DNA of 64,000 nt from Octopus sinensis (lineage: Eukaryota). The position numbers and the translations under genes are program-made. The stretch covers positions 57,486,464 to 57,550,463 of the forward strand of contig NC_043011.1 in NCBI RefSeq assembly GCF_006345805.1, in the 5' to 3' direction. Within the stretch, counting starts at the first letter, position 1. Every line of letters starts with the position of its first letter. Of the stretch, positions 1-13,668 are shown one piece after another. The notes below the pieces were generated by a model. That model worked only from the letters and a program-made list of their open reading frames with translations, had not been told where the DNA came from and ran no database searches.

Positions 1-10
1 ATATATAGTT

Positions 11-235
11 TTATTTATTTACTACCCACAAGGGGTTAAACATAGAGGGGACAAACAAGGACAGACAAAGATATTAAGTCGATTACATCGACCCCAATGC
101 GAAACTGGTATTTTATTTATCGACCCCGAAAGGATGAAAGGCAAAGTCGACCTCGGCGTAATTTGAACTCAGAACGTAACGAAATACCGCTAAGCCTTTC
201 TCCCGGCGCGCTAACGTTTCTGCCAGCTCGCCGTC
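11..235 (-). mobile_element. tRNA-derived SINE family A, long-tail form
   Basis: Reverse strand reads GACGGCGAGCTGGCAGAAACG head, B-box-like GAGTTCAAAT, body GTCGACTTTGCCTTTCATCCTTTCGGGGTCGATAAA (resembles the Nin/Deu SINE domain, from memory) and tail AACCCCTTGTGGGTAGTAAA. Homologous to copies at 33874, 48791 and 49783. Confidence 0.9.
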
Positions 236-769
236 AATTTACAATTGTAATATAATTCAAGTTAATTATAATGTTTTTTGTAAGTATTGTTCATCTTGAA
301 TTACAATATTGATTGTGTCCTTCGATGTTTAGATGATGAGGCGAAATTTGACTAATTTTAGGCTGCCATTTCTGTCAACCCGTTCGACCGTATCTAATTG
401 CTTTCTATGTATCTGCTTGTCTTCTTGTATGTATGAATGTATGAGTGAGTGAGTGTGGGTGTATGTGTGTGGGTATGTGTGTGTGAGTGTGAGTGCGTGT
501 GTGCGAGTGAGTGATTGTAGGTGTATGTGTGTGAGTGATTGTGAGGGGATGGGTTCATGGGAGTGTGTGAATATGTGTACTTTACGTGTTGAAAGTTTGC
601 GTAGTTCTTAAGATATTTTCTTATTTACTTTTATTGGTTTCCTTTAAATCTTTAATTTTAATGAAGTCTTAATTGTAGAAATTTTTTTATATAAATTAAT
701 TGGATTCCTAATTAGAAAGACAGTTAATGTTTTTGAAAAAGTGGGAGTAGAATCAATGAAGCCGGCATC

Positions 770-960
770 TGTAATATTTCTTGTTAATGATTCTATCGAC
801 ATTGGATATGAAACTTATAGCTGGCCAAAGCCAGTAGTGATCTTGGAATTCTAAGACATTACTGTTTAGTTATATAAGTTCCAGCTTACATAGTTTCCTC
901 TCAACCTGATAATGGTTTGAAAAGAGATCAATGTAAGGATTTTCCCCCCAATGCTGAACT
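770..960 (-). mobile_element. Degraded RT-thumb fragment of a HERO/R2-like LINE
   Basis: Minus-strand frameshifted translation gives ERK-like and IPRSLLALASY-like segments resembling the xERKxxxYIRKWLGxPRSL region of HERO-type ORFs. Confidence 0.35.
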
Positions 961-1289
961 CATCCTGGTCTTCGGAAAATTATTATCTAATAAATATTAA
1001 TTGCTATCAAGGAGCCAGTCCTTCGTTTTCCAGCCGTGATATACTACCATTGAAGATTTATAAATCCATATTGTGTCTTAATTCTGTGTTAGCAGTGCGA
1101 TATTCTCATTTTAAAGTTTAAAATTTAAATTTAAATTTAAAGTTTATTTGCTATACAATTCAGAGTCAGAGCCGTATTCGTATACGAAACGTCAGAACTT
1201 TCAGTACTGACCCTGAAATCTATAGAAAATCCGGAAAGAAAAATTAATAAGTGTTATAATATTGCTAACATCTGAAAGAATGTGTTTCT

Positions 1290-1680
1290 CTCCTATTCAC
1301 CTTTGGTAAATGGAACTTTGGCCAGAGGAATTTTGTGATCAGACGGTATTCAACAATCATTGGATGTTTCCACGCTGAACTATAGCTCTCCTCCGCTAGT
1401 GGTGTTAATGCAATGGCGGCCATATTTATATCCTCCTGGCTGCCATGTTTGTCTCTTCTATTCTTCACATAACCACCATTCTCCACTTCCTCTTGTTCCA
1501 TCGGTTGTACGCATTCTCCATAATGACTAGGCAGGGAATCCTCTACAGGAAACTTCGACAAGAATTAGTCCTGCTTGCCATCCCTAATCTCTAATTCTCA
1601 AAAAGCTTCTGGTGCTAGTGGCTCCCATCCAAAGCCTCGATCACAGTCTTCATCCCATGGGATTGTGAACTTGATCTAAT
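1290..1680 (-). mobile_element. 3' end of a HERO/R2-like (RLE) non-LTR retrotransposon, degraded
   Basis: Minus strand gives IKFTIPWDEDC...GWQAGLILVEVSCRGFPA*SLWRM, matching the ELTVPWEE...VEVGCRGF C-terminal RLE motifs. Contains stops and frameshifts. Confidence 0.65.
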
Positions 1681-3651
1681 ATCAAACGAGTTCAGTCAAT
1701 TTGCTAAAAATAGCAGTTATGTTGTCATCAAATCACTCTGATATCAATAGGAAGGTTGTAGAAATACCAAAATAGAAATCACTAAAGCACGGAATGATTA
1801 CGCTGGAGATGCTTATGCTCAGGTTCGTCTGCTCGATCAGAGTTTACTTAAGACTAAACAATAGCAACAACAACAGCAGGAGCAACATCAATGATTCATT
1901 CTTCCTAGGCAAAGTTGTTTTTTTCCCACTAATTAATTGAGGAAGAAAATGCAGCATCAATAACGCATGATCCTTAATTTTTCAGGGTCCTCAAGTTTTG
2001 TGGGATAATGTAATTGTTCAATGGAATCCATGCACCATCCTTGAAACCGCTAAATGCATCCAATGACCGGATTGTGGCGTTTGAGAGGGTGACGGTAAAA
2101 GTCTCCTATCCAAGAACCCAGAATGCAAGGAACCGGAATAAAATATTTGATGCATCTGGTCTGATGATCTGACAATTGTGCCAATCCATTAGACTGGGTT
2201 GGTGCTTTATTTTATCGACCAAGATATAATGAAAAAAATCGCTTTCGTGGGAATTTGAACAATACCGCACGGCATTTTGTCCTAATATCTAATGACATTG
2301 CAAATTTATGGCCTAAGAAGAAGACAGATAGCAAACTAAACCCATCATTCTATATATTTGGTATTTATTTCATGGGTCTGTGATGGACAAACGGTGACAA
2401 CGACCCTGGTGGTATTTGAAATCCGATTGTAATGGTACAAGCTACAAACTGTGAAGCTACCTGAGTCGCTATCAATAATTAAAAAAAGTATATGTATCAG
2501 TTCGTAAAATGGTTTGTTATTAATGACAAACATGAAACAGAAGATTAAATTCTACAGAATTTCCCACTTTTTCCTTCTTGTTTTTTCCTTCTTAAAGCCA
2601 GACAGTTGTTGTTGGATAATAAGGATTCTTGGTTCTTTGTAGTTTTATTATTTCATATTCTTTCTATTTACAAACTGGCTGGAATATTTATTTTCACACA
2701 TTTGGAAATCTAGAGCCGCTGAATAGAAAACGAACAGGATAATAATCCTTCTTTTCAGACTTCGTAATTAAAAATATTTCATTTTTATCTTTTTTTTATT
2801 ATTTTCATTCTTTAATTTTAACGGTTGGAAATCTTTCATCAAGAGAAAGAAAATTTTCATGAAACATCTCAAATGAGACAGTCGCTTCTTTAATCAACAT
2901 TCAAAAATGTGATTGATGAAATATTGATGAACGTCTCATTGATTTTATTAAACCAATATTCAATCTTTTAATGCACGATTTTGTTTTGTCACACGAAACG
3001 GAAAGAAAAGAAAAAAAATCCCGAATAGGACAGGAAAACTAATAACGCAGGAAATACGACAGATAAGAAAAAGAAAATTGTCTTTGTTTTCTGTTGAATA
3101 ATTTTAACATACAGTAAACCTCTTTCTTTTCCTGTATGATATTAATTTGAAAAGTTGTCTTTGTTTCAATGTTCATTTGCCGTTCTTATTTCGCATTTAT
3201 AAAATATTTGAAAGTCTAGAATATGCTATTCTATTGTCGTCGCAATAAATAGGTAGTTATTCTAAAGAGCAGAGAAAGAACTGCTTAGAATGTAATATCG
3301 AGTTAACAAACGTCTTTAATGAATAGATTTAAAGAATCGGCCTTTTTTTTAATTTAAGTATAATTTATGATACCATTCATTTAGATTTTAGTAGGAATTC
3401 CTTTTCATATTTTACAATTTAGAGTTTACAAAATCGATTTCGATTGCTTATGATTTCATAGGAACTTTCAGTACAGACAAAATAGCAACAGACATACAAT
3501 AGCATGCGCTCATCGCAGAGGTGAGAGAATGCAACACGTTTTCCAAAATTTTAAATATTATGAAAAATCACCCTCAAAACAGTTTAAGGAATTGGTTAGA
3601 ACGTATTTATGAAATCGGAGTAATTGTCGCTTATTTTGTTGCTCTTTACTT

Positions 3652-3995
3652 ATGTTCCGTGTACAAATTCCGCCTTTTTTTGTGGGGGGGGGGGAGATAA
3701 AATAAGTACCAGTTGAACAATGGGGGCGATGTAATCGACTAACCCCCACTAGCGCCAAGTTGCTGGCCTCGAGCCAAAAACAGAAATAATTATATTACGA
3801 CATTATAAGTCGGCGATCTGGAAGTAATTGTAATACTTGCTTTGGTCTTTCACGTTCTGAGTTCAAATCGCGCTGATGTCAATTTTGCACTTCATCCCTT
3901 TGGACTCGATAAAATAAGAATCAATTATATTCAGGAATGGAAGCGATCGACAAACTCCCTTCGCTCAAAATTCCTGGCCATGTACCAGAATGAGA
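3652..3995 (+). mobile_element. Two degraded family A SINE fragments (3652-3785 and 3815-3995)
   Basis: AAATTCCGCC...GATAAAATAAGTACCAG...GATGTAATCGACT and GTTCTGAGTTCAAATC...CTTCATCCC...CGATAAAATAAG match the family A body. Confidence 0.7.
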
Positions 3996-4902
3996 AAACA
4001 TTATATTAGGCTATCATCACACCGCAGCACAGCTCGATAGATGATAACAAGAAACAACAATTAGAAACTACACAGGCATAGCATTAATAATAACCAAGCG
4101 TGCAAGTTCGGCAAAGGTCGGCTGCTCTTGTATAAGGCACGTATCAAATTTTCCTGGAGATTACCTCATTTTTCACGCATCATCAGTGTCTGTGACATAC
4201 AGAGTTGATTAATCGCAAAAAAATTACATTCTCTCTGGTAATTAGTTTTCTTCCTGAAATTAGATGATATTTCTTAATTAAATTTATATATGAAAAGTTA
4301 ATTAGCTTTAGAAAGTAATTTAGGGGATAAAGACCAATTTCCGAGAAAGCACAGGAGCACTGACATATCAAATCCAAACATGAATGGAGAAGGGTTCGAA
4401 GCTGCCAATCGTATTTCAAAGGGCCAACCATGTCACATTTTGTGTCACGCTGAATCTCCCTGAGAACTACGCTAAAGGTACAGGTGTCTGTGGAATACTC
4501 AGCCACTTGCACGTTAATTTCTCTAAATGTAGATAACATTGACTACACTCTATCTTGTTCATCAGCTTATGAAAATGATTTGCCTTCGCAGTCCCCAAAC
4601 TTCACTTTGGCTCAAAGGAACCTCAAAGGTCCAGATATTCAAAGTTTCAGGGAATTCCTATTGAAATTTTGAATTGGAAATTGCAACCGCAACCGACCAT
4701 ACCCGTCGATGTAAAATGAGTAGAAAGCTGTTGGGCGATGTAGTTCTGTCATATCTTGTGTGTCACTCCGATGTCTTTGAGTTACGATGAGGGATACAAA
4801 TGTGTCTGTGGAATTCTCATTCATTTACAGGGTATTTCAGGAGCAGGTAATTCGGTTAGTCAAAACAGCAACTCCGCTTCGTTGACCACGGAAATAATGT
4901 CA

Positions 4903-5140
4903 TCACCACCACCATCAAGGTCACCGCCACCACCATCACCACCACCACCACCACCACCACCACCACCACCACCACCACCAAAACCACCCTCCACCGCCAG
5001 CGCCGCCGCCGCTACTGCCCTCCCACCTCATCCCCACCACCATTACTCACCATTATCAGCCCCACTATTACTACTACTACTACCACCACCACCACCACCA
5101 CCACCACTACTGCTACTACTACTACTACTACTACTACTAG

Positions 5141-5214
<74 letters not shown>

Positions 5215-5300
5215 ATACTACTACTACCACCACCACAACCACCACCACCGCTACTACTACCACGACGACGACGACCACCACCACCACCACTACCAACACC
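4903..5300. repeat. Compound trinucleotide microsatellite (CAC)n/(TAC)n/(TGC)n
   Basis: Directly visible; it creates the poly-P/L/V/S ORFs. Confidence 0.95.
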
Positions 5301-5936
5301 ACTTCCATCAACAGCTACAACACTTGTTTCATTGCAGAGAGATATGTTGGCAGTGTGATAACTTATTTTTATGTGTTGTGCAATAGCGGAGTTCATTTGG
5401 TTGTGGACGTGTAAGGGAGAAATGCTACAGACGTCTGTCGGTTGGTAACCACATTGACTAACTACGAAGCAATTTGGATAGAAATATCCCTGGCTTACTT
5501 GAATATCGGAGAAAATCAGTTAAAATATATGGCTGTCACTGGCAAGATGTATATCGACGGTAATAACATTTTATTCAGAATGAAATGAAAACGAGAGTAT
5601 TACTACTGTTAGGAAATATAAAGTATATCTTTTCCAAACTTGTACCGTAATCGCAGTGAAAGAACTAAAGCAAACATACCTACTTTCTCTTCAAAGAATT
5701 TAGCCATATTATACCTGACGGGGTGATTTTGGTTTCCTCTTTCTTGCTATTAGAATTACCAAAGACCAATTATATATTGACATATTAAAGACATCCTTCG
5801 TACATGAGATTCATTTCAATGGAAAAATACAATTAGATAGGCAAATATGAAAGTGCTGCCCATGGTTCACTTCGTTATCGATTCACGCATACACATTGAT
5901 AAATAAAACCGCAGAAAAAAGGGTGCATATATATAG

Positions 5937-5989
<53 letters not shown>

Positions 5990-6114
5990 TACGCACACAT
6001 TAGAGTACACATTTATATAATCGTATAATTCTGGATACCTGTTTGCCAACATACAACGTACATATATATATGTATGTATATTAGTGAGTATATATATATA
6101 TATATATATTTATA

Positions 6115-6165
6115 ATTATTATTTTTATTATTGTTTTTCGTTATTTTACTCTGCGATAAGGAACC

Positions 6166-6230
<65 letters not shown>

Positions 6231-6268
6231 GGTTCCTTATCGCAGAGTAAAATAACTAAAACAATAAA

Positions 6269-6277
<9 letters not shown>
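6115..6277. repeat. Fold-back palindrome centred on (TA)n
   Basis: 6140-6256 is a perfect inverted repeat with a single unpaired centre base at 6198, plus an imperfect outer extension. Confidence 0.9.
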
Positions 6278-6328
<51 letters not shown>

Positions 6329-6363
6329 AAGAAGACGAAGAAGAAGAAGAAGAAGAAGAAGAA

Positions 6364-6395
<32 letters not shown>

Positions 6396-6398
6396 ATG
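6270..6398. repeat. (TAA)n followed by (GAA)n microsatellite
   Basis: Directly visible. Confidence 0.95.
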
Positions 6399-7177
6399 TA
6401 TATAAATATGTATAAAAAATATTTTTTCCTGCCGAGAAAATGTAACCTTAAAAATAAGGAAATAAATTAATAAGTAGCCAAGGAAAGAATAAACAGAGAG
6501 AGAAAGGAAATTCAATGAGAAGGAATTTTGTTTTTCTTCGTTTGTTTTTCTTCATTCCTCATGAATTGCAGAATACCGAGAATTCGCTTAAGGACAGTTC
6601 TATGTGAAATGCGAAAGCAATTTTGAAAAGAACTTACTTCATTATTAAGCAAATACTATTTGTTATGACAGTATATGAATTTTCTTTTCAGCAACTGCAT
6701 ATCATTGTGAAAAAAAAAAGAAGAAAATAATGAATAAACATGAAAACAAAAATTAATATATCGAAATAAAGGAGGTAAGCGTTTTAGGGTCTATCTGGCT
6801 ATTTGTCTTTGGCAAACAAATTCAATTTCTTGGGATTAGTTGCAATAAAACCATACAACACTTCCAAGAAAGAAAATGGAATGGATTTCAGCATGTTGCT
6901 AACTGTTCATTATTGATCAACTATACTTTTGTGCATGTGTATGCGTTCACATACTTGTGTGCATACATACATACATACATACATACATACATACATACAT
7001 TCATACTACCATATATCTATATTTATATATATTTATATATATATATATATATTATATATATAGACATCACATTATAATAATATTATTATATATATATATA
7101 TATAGATACAATACATATAATCTACACATGTATAAACCACACACATACATACATACATACATACATACATACATACA

Positions 7178-7213
<36 letters not shown>

Positions 7214-7415
7214 TATTTATATATGCACAATATACTTGTGTTTATTGCGTCAGGAGGTATACGTCAAATAAAACGAAATTAGTGCATTTCACGGAGTGAG
7301 ACGTGTGAATTTAATCTGGAAAGCAAAGTTCATTGAGAGAATCTTCATTAAAAATTTTTTGAAAGACACTTTCCTTTATTTCTAATCATAGATTTATTGA
7401 CACACTCATGCGCAT

Positions 7416-7480
<65 letters not shown>

Positions 7481-7734
7481 TCCATATGAGCAAACTAGTG
7501 ATACAATGGCCTTCCAATTAGGAATAAAGTTGGCCTGCACACACCTTGCCAGCGGGGTGGTGTCTTTTAAACTAAAACAATGAGAAGAGCATTGTGACCA
7601 GCGATGTGGAAGAACATCCAATAGGCTTGTCGATATCGTGATATACATGTATACATACACACACCCATCCATCCACCAACACATACACACATAAATATAC
7701 TGATAAATAATGAATGTATGTATGTATGTATGTA

Positions 7735-7751
7735 TCTATCTATCTTTTCTG

Positions 7752-7842
<91 letters not shown>

Positions 7843-7880
7843 GTCTGTCTGTCTGTCTGTCTATATATATATATATATAT
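7735..7880. repeat. (TATC)n microsatellite
   Basis: Directly visible. Confidence 0.95.
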
Positions 7881-8040
7881 AACAAACAAGTAATTTACCT
7901 TCTCTTTAAAATGTCAAACACATTCGATGCTTCCAAAGTTTGTTTATCTCTCTCTCACTCTCACACACGCGCACACACGCACACACACACACACACACAC
8001 ACACTCTCATACACATTCACACACACTCACACACACTCAT

Positions 8041-8201
8041 ATACGACGGGCTTCTATCATTTTCCGTCTATGATATCCACTCACAAGGATTTGGTCGGAC
8101 CGAGGCTCTAGTAAAATACACTTGCCCAAGGTGCCACACTGTGGGACTGAACCCAGAACCATGTGGTTGGGAAGCAAGCTTCTTACCACACAGCCACACC
8201 T
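8041..8201 (-). mobile_element. tRNA-derived CORE-type SINE family B (OR-like), 5' half
   Basis: Reverse strand: A-box TGGCTGTGTGG, B-box GGTTCAGTCC, CORE-like CACCTTGGGCAAGTG. Homologous to copies at 24748, 47059 and 53835. Confidence 0.85.
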
Positions 8202-8692
8202 ATATTTTTTCCAACGTATATACATTTTTAAGGGCTGCTTTCTCGAAAGGAATACGGTAATTTAGCAGGCTTTCAACGATATAACTGTCACGGGTATTAT
8301 ATACATAGTATGGTGTTATATATACATTGTTTCTTTGTGTTTGTGTTTGTTGGTTTGTTTACGTCCCCATAACTGTTTGGGAAAAGCGAACGATGGTTTA
8401 AGTATAGTATTTCGAAATCAAGTATGGGAGCAGAGTAAATCCTTCAAATCAGGCCCCAGCATGGCTGAATCAAATGAAACGTATATCTAACTGTCATGTA
8501 TATAAGCAAATCGTTATTATTGTGACTGTTTTCATTTAGCCCCAGGTCGCTTTGACCAAACAATAAGACTATTATGAACAACGTTCAAATAACGACCATC
8601 ACACATTCACCAAATTCAGCACACTTCTACTTTGTAAACTGCTGGATACATTATTTGAAGTAACGTTAACTGCTATTCCTGGTATTTTGAGC

Positions 8693-8801
<109 letters not shown>

Positions 8802-9068
8802 CTGAGTGTGTGTATAAGTGACTGAGTGTTTGTGTGTTTGTGTGTGCCTATGATTGATATGCATAATTTGTACCTTTGCATTTGACAGATAACCTCATAT
8901 TCCATTCGGTAAAAGGATTATATCAAGGGGATCATCTGTGGTGTGTTTGTCATGTGCCTGATAACTTGAAGCTAACCCATGAATCACTGCAAGACCCTGA
9001 TCACTACACGTATCAAGCTGTTCTCCAGCCCTAGTATTAATGCAACTCATTATTCGACGCTGTGTTTT

Positions 9069-9130
<62 letters not shown>

Positions 9131-9232
9131 CATTACAGATATTTCGAAATATTATCAAAATATTATGTTGACAAAAGAAGTGAGTCTTATGATTCTAATA
9201 TAGAAACGCGTCCTTAATTAATCGAAGACTGT

Positions 9233-9397
9233 TTGGTTTCATTATTTCTCTTCTTTTTTTTTGCCAGGTGTGAGTTACAAATATTGTTGTCCATGGAGAC
9301 ATATTTTTGTAGAAATTGAATTAGTAGTCCTTTGGCTGCTATTTCTAAAATTTTCGGTATGTGGTCAAGCAACTTGTTGCCAAACCCTTATTGTTAG
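9233..9397 (-). repeat. Dispersed ~165-bp repeat anchored at a (TA)n tract, class uncertain (possible Penelope-like end)
   Basis: Its reverse complement aligns along the full length with 14577-14742 (TAACAAT-R-AGGGT...GACCACATACCGAAA...TAGAAATAGCAGCCA...CTACAAAAATATGTC). Confidence 0.75.
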
Positions 9398-9564
9398 AAT
9401 TATATATAAATATATATATATATATATATGCGAGGATGATCCGGTTCTTGACTGAAGATTAGAGGCTTCGAATGACCCGTCCACTTTTTGTGTCGTCTAT
9501 TTGAATGATTTGCGTTCTTGTCCCATTTTGTATTTGTTTATATATATTTTTATACATACATACA

Positions 9565-9600
<36 letters not shown>

Positions 9601-11798
9601 TACACATATATACACAACAAGTCTGTTGCAAGTACATAGTCGTACTTGTTCTATGAGTCTTCTATCCTCGAACCGCTAATTACAGGGGCGTAAACAAAAG
9701 AACACTGGTTGCACCCCCCCCACGTGTACGCGGCGAACTTCCGTACAGTTTTCGCGTACCAAATGCACTCACAAAGCATTGGTGGGTTAAGGTCTGTCGT
9801 AGAAGTTTCATGACTAAGATGTAGTATAGAAGGATCGAATCGAGTTTCCTACTCACACAACGATTTGTAGATTTTCTCTTTTGTTTTTTTTTTTATTTAA
9901 GAGCCCCCCTCCCCCCGATAAACTCTGATCGTGAAAACCTCTGATCAAAAGCTTTCGATCCGTCACCAAAATAACCTCTATGTATATTTAGATTATGCAA
10001 TCCGAAGTGTGATTTAATACATACTTTTAATGGAATGGTGTGATTTGAGAGTGATTCGACCTATTTTCTACGGGTTGAGCAACAATGCAATGCTTCTCTC
10101 GCAGAATTGCTTTAATAAATTGCCTCGACAATGAGAAACAGTATTTTCTATTTAGAGACGCAATGTGTTTTGTAGTTTCTGCAAAAGTTTTTTTTCTGAA
10201 GATTTATAGCCAGATTGAATATAGTATTTTTTTTTTAAATTTGTACTTCTATGTCAGAAGACAATATAGACTGCCACACTGTAAATCTTTTCTGTGTTTA
10301 ACTGGAACAGTGAAGCAGACGGGATTTTAATATTACTGCAGTTTCAGACAAAGAAGAAGAAAAAAAAAAAAGAATTTGTCAGTCGCCATTTTGAAATTTG
10401 TTTATGTCTTAATTTCGTGCCAAATGAAGTAGAATCATTGCAGTTATTTTTTCCCCAGATTGATATTGGTACCGACTAATCTCAAAACAAAACTTTCACG
10501 TGGGTTTCAATAAAATTCATTTGAGATTTATTCTAAAAATTCTAAAAAATTTACCTGGAACTTCCGATATGGTAGTTTAATGCTTGTATTTATATAAACC
10601 GGAAATTTACTGTATATGCCAACAACAATAACAACAACAACAACGGCAGCATACATAAAAGAACGCAATAGTGAAAGCAAAATGAGATGCGTTAACAATA
10701 TCTATATGGAAAGTAACCCGCAAGATAGAAAATATAATACTAAGCTTTTTGAATGTATTTTTGGTGTGAAATCCAGCAAGATATTGGACAAAACTGAATT
10801 ACGATTCCTAAGAAGAAGTCGTCAGCTTTACATTTTTTGAATAAAGAATTAATCGAAGACTGTTGAAGTGTAAAACAGATGAGAAGTCCAGCAGAACATG
10901 TGTACTTACGTATATATGTGTGTATGTTCCATCTATTCATGTATGTATGTATACACACAGTCTGACGCACACGCACACACACACACACACACATACACAC
11001 ACACATACATATATATATATACATCTAAGCGTCGCCTGGGAGCAATCGCCAGCCCTACCACCCTAGCTACGCTACTTGAAAAGATGTAGTTTTCGATATC
11101 CAAAACAACGGGATGGTTCCCGATAAGAGTTGACCTGAGGCTAAAAAAAAAACTGAGTTAATTCGGTTGTTGTTGAAGATGAGGGAGTCATTGGAATCGG
11201 TAATGTGGGTTTATTGGGGATGAAATGTTGTTGTATTGAAGAAACGAAACTTCCGGAGTCTGAATACTAACAGCGATCTACAAATTAATGATATTATTTG
11301 ATGTCCGTCTTAATTTAATTCTCAACTACAAAAGTCAAACAAATCCCCCTTTATTTGTTCAATAACCAAATAATAAACGAAAAAGAAAATAAGCAATTAA
11401 CATTATATTTTCAATAATTTCCTGCCAGTTTTTTTTTTTTATAAAAACCTTTCCCGCGTCTTCCTACTAATAATGATAGCTTTATGAATACTGGCGTCAC
11501 TCTTTCCAATATTTCGAGAAAAGAGAAGATCCTAGTTCTTTGAAGCGCAGGTTTTAGCAGTATTTGTAAATTTCTGGTATAGAATTCACTTTAATTCTTC
11601 ATCAAATAAGTACAATTTACCATCTTGATCCACGCTTTACAATGATCTAGCTTCCACGGCGTTCTATAAAGCCATAATGTTTCAAGCATAAACGATATAT
11701 TTTAAAACTCCTTTTTGTCATACATATTATGTACAATTTGGAACATTTCTTTAAAAATTAAAATTGTTATGACTAAGTACAACTGGATTGGATTCAAT

Positions 11799-11954
11799 TA
11801 TAGCCTTGGGCATTTAATATAAAAAATTTTAATTTTCAGACCTATCTTCCAAAGGTTTGGCCAAGTAATAATATATTGCAAATTAAATATAACTTTGGAC
11901 ATTTAATATAAAAATTTCTTAGTTTCAGGCCTATATTCCAAACTTTTGGACAAG
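11799..11954 (+). repeat. Diverged tandem dimer, period about 89 bp
   Basis: CATTTAATATAAAAA...TTTCAGRCCTAT-TTCCAAA..TTTGG-CAAG occurs at about 11799-11865 and 11888-11954. Confidence 0.7.
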
Positions 11955-12909
11955 ACTGTAAATGAGTGAGACGACTGCGATATTTCCCATGAAAGAAAGT
12001 CTCATATGAGCTTGGAATACATAAAAACGTTCCTGTTTATATCGCAGGGCGGAATAAAGTAGAGTTCGGCCTCATATAACCCTGTTCCCTGAAGCTCCAT
12101 AAGTTGCAAGCGTTTGCCCTTTGTCTTTTGCTGGGGGATTACTCCCTGCTACCAGCTCGTGGTCAATGTAAAACTCTCATTTCTGTTATTCCACCATCTT
12201 AAAAGAAACCATAAATGAATGCTGTAATTCGAAAATGTTAAAAGTTGATCATCATAAATAAGTGGAATGGTAAATATATATTTATTTCGCTTTACAAAAT
12301 ATATGTATTGAAAGATACTTATTCAACTTCTTACTTCAGGTCATATTGTCTCAAAAAGACAAATTAATATCTTTCAGACGTCTACCCTTCAAATTCGTCA
12401 AATATTTGCTGTGTCTCAACTAGTATAAAACTCAACTTTATCAATCAATAGTTATATGTAAGACTGTACAAATATGTTTTGACAGACGTTAATGTGATAT
12501 TGTTCTATATTTTATAATACAGAAATATAGAATTTTATTATTTAACTTGGCAATGAGACGCAGCGTAGAAATAGTACGATCGAGTGTGCGACAGGCCAAA
12601 TAACTTGAGGATACGTAGAGAAAGTTTATTTTGGAAGTTCAGATTCCATCAAGACAAGTCTAAGTTTTCAATATTTTTGATTAATTATAAAAGAGCCAAA
12701 ATTTATTGGGCTGACTCAATAAATTTTGGCCCTTACAGCAGAAAACAAATGTACTGTGGCATTATGGGAATATTAAAGATTATAATATGAATGTTTAAAA
12801 GACGTTAATTGCCCGAAGATGATATTAAAAATTATGATAAATACACACTCAGAGGTTTCTATGCAATACTCCGGGTGTTTCAGTTGTATATTTTATGAGG
12901 TTGTTGTAA

Positions 12910-12910
<1 letters not shown>

Positions 12911-12999
<89 letters not shown>

Positions 13000-13041
13000 G
13001 TCTATCTATCTGTCTGTCTGGCTGGCTGTCTGGCTGTCTGG

Positions 13042-13113
<72 letters not shown>

Positions 13114-13128
13114 ATGTCTATCTATCTG

Positions 13129-13173
<45 letters not shown>

Positions 13174-13204
13174 TTGTCTGTTTCTATCTATCTATCTATC
13201 TATA

Positions 13205-13302
<98 letters not shown>

Positions 13303-13312
13303 GCTAGCTAGC
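12911..13312. repeat. Long (TATC)n microsatellite with TGTC/TGGC variants
   Basis: Directly visible. Confidence 0.97.
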
Positions 13313-13623
13313 TATGCCTGTGTGTGTGTGTGCTGTATATATATAAACATGCATATGTATATGTATAAAGAAAACAATATGGCACAAGTAAAACAATGGT
13401 TATGCTATGATCTGTATTAGCTTACATCTGTCTCTGCTTTAGGATGGAGTGGGCACATAGTCCCCCACCTCTTATAGCAGAAACAGCCATAAGCTAATGA
13501 TGTTCGTGATAAAACCATTGTTTTCCCTGCGTCATATGTTTTACTTTATTACCGCTCTATACTCAGGTAACATGCGTACATTGAGTTCTGCACCACGGTC
13601 ACAATGCCTAAGCGACACACACA

Positions 13624-13668
<45 letters not shown>

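Noticed and set aside
4183-4539. 118-aa ORF
   Set aside because: It overlaps a dispersed repeat and has no recognisable domain.
4756-5396. 200-aa proline/leucine-rich ORF and overlapping antisense ORFs
   Set aside because: They are produced by stop-free CAC/TAC/TGC microsatellites, with no domain or splice support.
12695-12730. Perfect 14-bp stem hairpin
   Set aside because: Too short for a pre-miRNA, AT-rich, and plausible by chance.
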